Part shown: positions 57,455 through 64,000 of the stretch, piece after piece
Numbering within the stretch: position 1 is the stretch's first letter
Layout of the letters: the number at the start of each line of letters is the position of its first letter
Origin: the human T2T-CHM13v2.0 reference genome, Homo sapiens
Length of the DNA: 64,000 nucleotides
Direction: 5' to 3' (one strand)
NCBI RefSeq assembly: GCF_009914755.1
Contig: NC_060948.1
Notes under the pieces: model-generated
Databases searched by the model: none
Told to the model about the DNA's origin: nothing
Seen by the model: the letters and a program-made list of their open reading frames with translations, nothing else
Position numbers and translations under genes: made by a program

Positions 57455-59582
57455 AGATCCATATTTTTTAAATGAAAAAAAATTTCAAAGGTACTCTGCT
57501 TGGTACAATAATCAAATGTATAAACTGAGGAATAAAACATAACCATGAAACCTACTTATAACTGCATATGGAAAATACAGAGGATAATTTTTTAAATAAC
57601 ATATTTTGAAAGCCTTAACTAGTAATTTGAAGAGTTGGCATTTGAAAGGCCAGTATGAATATACCTTCAAAGCAGCAACACAGGTTCCCCATGAGAAAAA
57701 GCAAACACAGGGAAAATAAAAACACAAAGGTTCAATCTCTTCTGACCTTTGAAAGACACAGCACAGACAGTGGTCCTTAGGACGAAGAGCAGGAGACCCC
57801 TAATTCCGTCACCATGGCGATAGGGCATAAACATTGCTGGGTGAGGGCACAATCCACATTGTGAGGTCCAACTGCTGCCAGGAAGACAGGAGTGCTTTTA
57901 CATAGACCGAAAGGTCATTGAAGGCTCAGAGTTTTCTTTCAAGAACTGAATCCCAAGCCCACACGTTATTAGGCTGCGCTTCTTAAAACAAGTTATGAGA
58001 TGGGAAAAAGGGCACCCACAAACATACGTATACATTATGTATATAATAATATACAGTATCATATATGTAATATATATAACCTATGTATAATATTGTTTTA
58101 CATCCTGCATCTTATGTTATATATATTGTATAAAATATAATAATTGATAATATATAAGTTTTATATTTATACAATATGACATATAGTATATATTATAATT
58201 TATGACATATATAATATATGTTATATATCATATATAGAATATATTATACGGTTAATATACGTATTAAATATAAATTATACATTATATATATTATATATAA
58301 TATATCTGTTATATATAATACCCATTATGCATAATATATATATTATGTCTATGTTATATATAGTATAAAACAACATATAATAATATATAATTGTATATAT
58401 AAAATGCGACATATAATATATATTATATTTTATAACATATGTAATATATATTATATATTATATATAATACGTTGTATGTATAATACCTATATTAAATATA
58501 TATTATATGACTATGTTATTAATTACATGTCACATGTGTTATAAATTATATATTTTACATAGAATATACCGGTTACATACAATATATACTATGTTACCTA
58601 TAATGTATAATTTATTACATGTAAAATAAAGAATGCAATATATTATGTATAATTTATAATATACAATATGTGGAATGTGATATATATAACATATAATATA
58701 TGGTATATGATATACAGTATATGATATATAACATACAATATATGATTCCTAATATATATGGTATACAATATATATTTTATGATATGTATTCTATATGTTT
58801 TATATTCTGTTATATATAACTATTTGAAATTATATATAACTGTATAATATTTTATGTAAATATGTAATATAATATATATAACTATATAATATATTATATA
58901 TAACTATATATTATGTTATATATACTTTTATAACATAATTTACATAAAATATCATAATATAATATATACTATATTATTTCATATTACATAATATATATTA
59001 CATATCACCCAATATAACTAACATACATAATATTATAATATAGATTATATTATGTTATATTAAATATCATATATATCATGTATCATATATTCTATAATAT
59101 ATATTACACATTATATAATATGTATGTTGTCTATTATGTGATATATATAACTATATATATAATTATATTTTTATACATATAACTAGATAAACATGTAATT
59201 CTACATATTTTCATTTATAATATGTAGAATTATATAATCATATATAATTATTTATATTCTATAAAAAATTTTATCATTATATAAATTATAGTATATAAAA
59301 ATTATAATATGTACTACAAATATATATATTATATATCATATATGCTATAGTACCTTTGTTATATATCATAATACATATAAATGTGTATTATGTTATCTAT
59401 AATTATATAATTTCATATATAAGTTGTATAATATGTATCATATATTATATATGTTATGTAATATATATAGTATATATAAGATGACACAGGATAAATATTA
59501 TATTCTATGACATATAAAATATATCAGGTTATATGTTACATATAAGGCATAGCACATAACATGTAATATATATCATATATAA

Positions 59583-59874
59583 TTTTTTTTTAGACAGAAT
59601 CTTGTCCTGTTGCACAGGGTCGGGTACAATGGCGCCATGTTTGCTCACTGCAACTTCTGCCTCACGGGTCCAAGCGATTGTCCTCCCTCAGCCTCCCAGG
59701 TAGCTGGGACTACACCACACTGGGACTACACCAGATGCCACCATGCCTAGCTAATTTTTTGGATTTTTATTAGTGACAGCGTTTCACTGTATTGGCCAGG
59801 ATGGTCTTGATCTCTTCACCTTGTGATCCCCTTGACTTGGCCTCCAAATTTGCTGGGATTACAGGCCTGAGCCA
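59583..59874 (-). mobile_element. Alu copy, U25 (several private substitutions)
   Basis: Homologous to U1 Alu. Confidence 0.95.
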
Positions 59875-61977
59875 AGATCCATATTTTTTAAATGAAAAAA
59901 AATTTCAAAGGTACTCTGCTTGGTACAATAATCAAATGTATAAACTGAGGAATAAAACATAACCATGAAACCTACTTATAACTGCATATGGAAAATACAG
60001 AGGATAATTTTTTAATTAACATATTTTGAAAGCCTTAACTAGTAATTTGAAGAGTTGGCATTTGAAAGGCCAGTATGAATATACCTTCAAAGCAGCAACA
60101 CATGTTCCCCATGAGAAAAAGCAAACACAGGGAAAATAAAAACACAAAGGTTCAATCTCTTCTGACCTTTGAAAGACACAGCACAGACAGTGGTCCTTAG
60201 GACGAAGAGCAGGAGACCCCTAATTCCGTCACCATGGCGATAGGGCATAAACATTGCTGGGTGAGGGCACAATCCACATTGTGAGGTCCAACTGCTGCCA
60301 GGAAGACAGGAGTGCTTTTACATAGACCGAAAGGTCATTGAAGGCTCAGAGTTTTGTTTCAAGAACTGAATCCCAAGCCCACAGGTTATTAGGCTGCGCT
60401 TCTTAAAACGAGTTATGAGATGGGAAAAAGGGCACCCACAAACATACGTATACATTATGTATATAATAATATACAGTATCATATATATAATATATATAAC
60501 CTATGTATAATATTGTTTTACATCCTGCATCTTATGTTATATATATTGTATAAAATATAATAATTGATAATATATGTTTTATAATTATACAATATGACAT
60601 ATAGTATATATTATAATTTATGACATATATAATATATGTTATATGTCATATATAGAATATATTATACGGTTAATATACGTATTAAATATAAATTATACAT
60701 TATATATATTATACATAATATATCTGTTATATATAATACCCATTATGCATAATATATATATTATGTCTATGTTATATATAGTATAAAACAACATATAATA
60801 ATATATAATTGTATATATAAAATGCGACATAGAATATATATTATATTTTATAACATATGTAATATATATTATATATTATATATAATACGTTGTATGTATA
60901 ATACCTATATTAAATATATATTATATGACTATGTTATTAATTACATGTCACATGTGTTATATATTATATATTTTACATAGAATATACCGGTTACATACAA
61001 TATATACTATGTTACCTATAATGTATAATTTATTACATGTAAAATAAAGAATGCAATATATTATGTATAATTTATAATATACCATATGTGGAATGTGATA
61101 TATATAACATATAATATATGATATATGATATACAGTATATGATATATAACATACAATATATGATTCCTAATATATATGGTATACAATATATATTTTATGA
61201 TATGTATTCTATATGTTTTATATTCTGTTATATATAACTATTTGAAATTATAAATAACTGTATAATATTTTATGTAAATATGTAATATAATATATATAAC
61301 TATATAATATATTATATATAACTATATATTATGTTATATATACTTTTATAACATAATTTACATAAAATATCATAATATAATATATATTATATTATTTCAT
61401 ATTACATAATATATATTACATATCACCCAATATAACTAACATACATAATATTATAATATAGATTATATTGTGTTATATTAAATATCATATATATCATGTA
61501 TCATATATTCTATAATATATATTACGCATTATATAGTATGTATGTTGTCTATTATGTGATATATATAACTATATATATAATTATATTTTTATACATATAA
61601 CTAGATAAACATGTAATTCTACATATTTTCATTTATAATATGTAGAATTATATAATCATATATAATTATTTATATTCTATAAAAAATTTTATCATTATAT
61701 AAATTATAATATATAAAAATTATAATATGTACTACAAATATATATATTATATATCATATATGATATAGTACCTTTGTTATATTTCATAATACATATAAAT
61801 GTGTATTATGTTATCTATAATTATATAATTTCATATATAAGATGTATAATATGTATCATATATTATATATGTTATGTAATATATATAGTATATATAAGAT
61901 GACACAGGATAAATATTATATACTATGACATATAAAATATATGAGGTTATATGTTACATATAAGGCATAGCACATAA

Positions 61978-62292
<315 letters not shown>

Positions 62293-62864
62293 AGATCCAT
62301 ATTTTTTAAATGAAAAAAAATTTCAAAGGTACTCTGCTTGGTACAATAATCAAATGTATAAACTGAGGAATAAAACATAACCATGAAACCTACTTATAAC
62401 TGCATATGGAAAATACAGAGGATAATTTTTTAAATAACATATTTTGAAAGCCTTAACTAGTAATTTGAAGAGTTGGCATTTGAAAGGCCAGTATGAATAT
62501 ACCTTCAAAGCAGCAACACATGTTCCCCATGAGAAAAAGCAAACACAGGGAAAATAAAAACACAAAGGTTCAATCTCTTCTGACCTTTGAAAGACACAGC
62601 ACAGACAGTGGTCCTTAGGACGAAGAGCAGGAGACCCCTAATTCCGTCACCATGGCGATAGGGCATAAACATTGCTGGGTGAGGGCACAATCCACATTGT
62701 GAGGTCCAACTGCTGCCAGGAAGACAGGAGTGCTTTTACATAGACCGAAAGGTCATTGAAGGCTCAGAGTTTTCTTTCAAGAACTGAATCCCAAGCCCAC
62801 ACGTTATTAGGCTGCGCTTCTTAAAACAAGTTATGAGATGGGAAAAAGGGCACCCACAAACATA

Positions 62865-64000
62865 TGTATACATTATGTATATAATAATATACAGTATCAT
62901 ATATATAATATATATAACCTATGTATAATATTGTTTTACATCCTGCATCCTATGTTATATATATTGTATAAAATATAATAATTGATAATATATAAGTTTT
63001 ATAATTATACAATATGACATATAGTATATATTATAATTTATGACATATATAATATATGTTATATATCATATATAGAATATATTATACGGTTAATATACGT
63101 ATTAAATATAAATTATACATTATATATATTATATATAATATATCTGTTATATATAATACCCATTATGCATAATATATATATTATGTCTATGTTATATATA
63201 GTATAAAACAACATATAATAATATATAATTGTATATATAAAATGCGACATATAATATATATTATATTTTATGATATATGTAATATATATTATATATTATA
63301 TATAATACGTTGTACGTATAATAACTATATTAAATATATATTATATGACTATGTTATTAATTACATGTCACATGTGTTATATATTATATATTTTACATAG
63401 AATATACCGGTTACATACAATATATACTATGTTACCTATAATGTATAATTGATTACATGTAAAATAAAGAATGCAATATATTATGAATAATTTATAATAT
63501 ACAATATGTGGAATGTGATATATATAACATATAATATATGATATATGATATACAGTATATGATATATAACATACAATATATGATACCTAACATATATGGT
63601 ATACAATATATATTTTATGATATGTATTCTATATGTTTTATATTCTGTTGTATATAACTATTTGAAATTATATATAACTGTATAATATTTTATGTAAATA
63701 TGTAATATAATATATATAACTATATAATATATTATATATAACTATATATTATGTTATATATACTTTTATAACATAATTTACATAAAATATCATAATATAA
63801 TATATATTATATTATTTCATATTACATAATATATCTTACATATCACCCAATATAAGTAACATACATAATATTATAATATAGATTATATTATGTTATATTA
63901 AATATCATATATATCATGTATCATATATTCTATAATATATATTATACATTATATAATATGTATGTTGTCTATAATGTGATATATATAACTATATATATAA
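62865..64000. repeat. AT-rich block of partial unit 27 (cut by window edge)
   Basis: Colinear with the first ~1.1 kb of the other AT blocks. Confidence 0.9.

Overview
The whole 64 kb is one head-to-tail, single-orientation tandem array of a ~2.42-kb composite repeat: a partial first unit, 25 complete units and a partial last unit. Spacing between homologous anchors is 2413-2444 bp, mean about 2421. On the + strand each unit is a ~1.55-kb extremely AT-rich low-complexity block, then a ~292-bp diverged, 5'-clipped Alu on the minus strand, then a ~570-bp HSATI-like segment. This architecture, the unit size and a predicted ~2.15-kb HaeIII fragment match human DYZ2 / HSat1B satellite, most likely Yq12 heterochromatin. 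This identification is from recalled knowledge, not a database search. There are no credible genes; the ORF track is the same spurious frames repeated once per unit. I found no new biological system. What deserves a second look is the evolutionary record in the copies: an 11-bp insertion in unit 1 that makes a perfect GAAA-loop hairpin, a recent 4866-bp two-unit duplication with a breakpoint mappable to ~100 bp, an older 7257-bp three-unit periodicity, chimeric units, long-range variant sharing, a slippage hot spot, and Alu diagnostics that look AluSc-like. Unit numbering (AT block + Alu + HSATI): U1 1-2340, U2 2341-4753, U3 4754-7166, U4 7167-9579, U5 9580-11994, U6 11995-14416, U7 14417-16838, U8 16839-19260, U9 19261-21679, U10 21680-24100, U11 24101-26522, U12 26523-28944, U13 28945-31388, U14 31389-33810, U15 33811-36254, U16 36255-38670, U17 38671-41090, U18 41091-43508, U19 43509-45927, U20 45928-48349, U21 48350-50769, U22 50770-53184, U23 53185-55606, U24 55607-58026, U25 58027-60446, U26 60447-62864, U27 62865-64000 (partial). 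All variant comparisons were made by eye and are not exhaustive.
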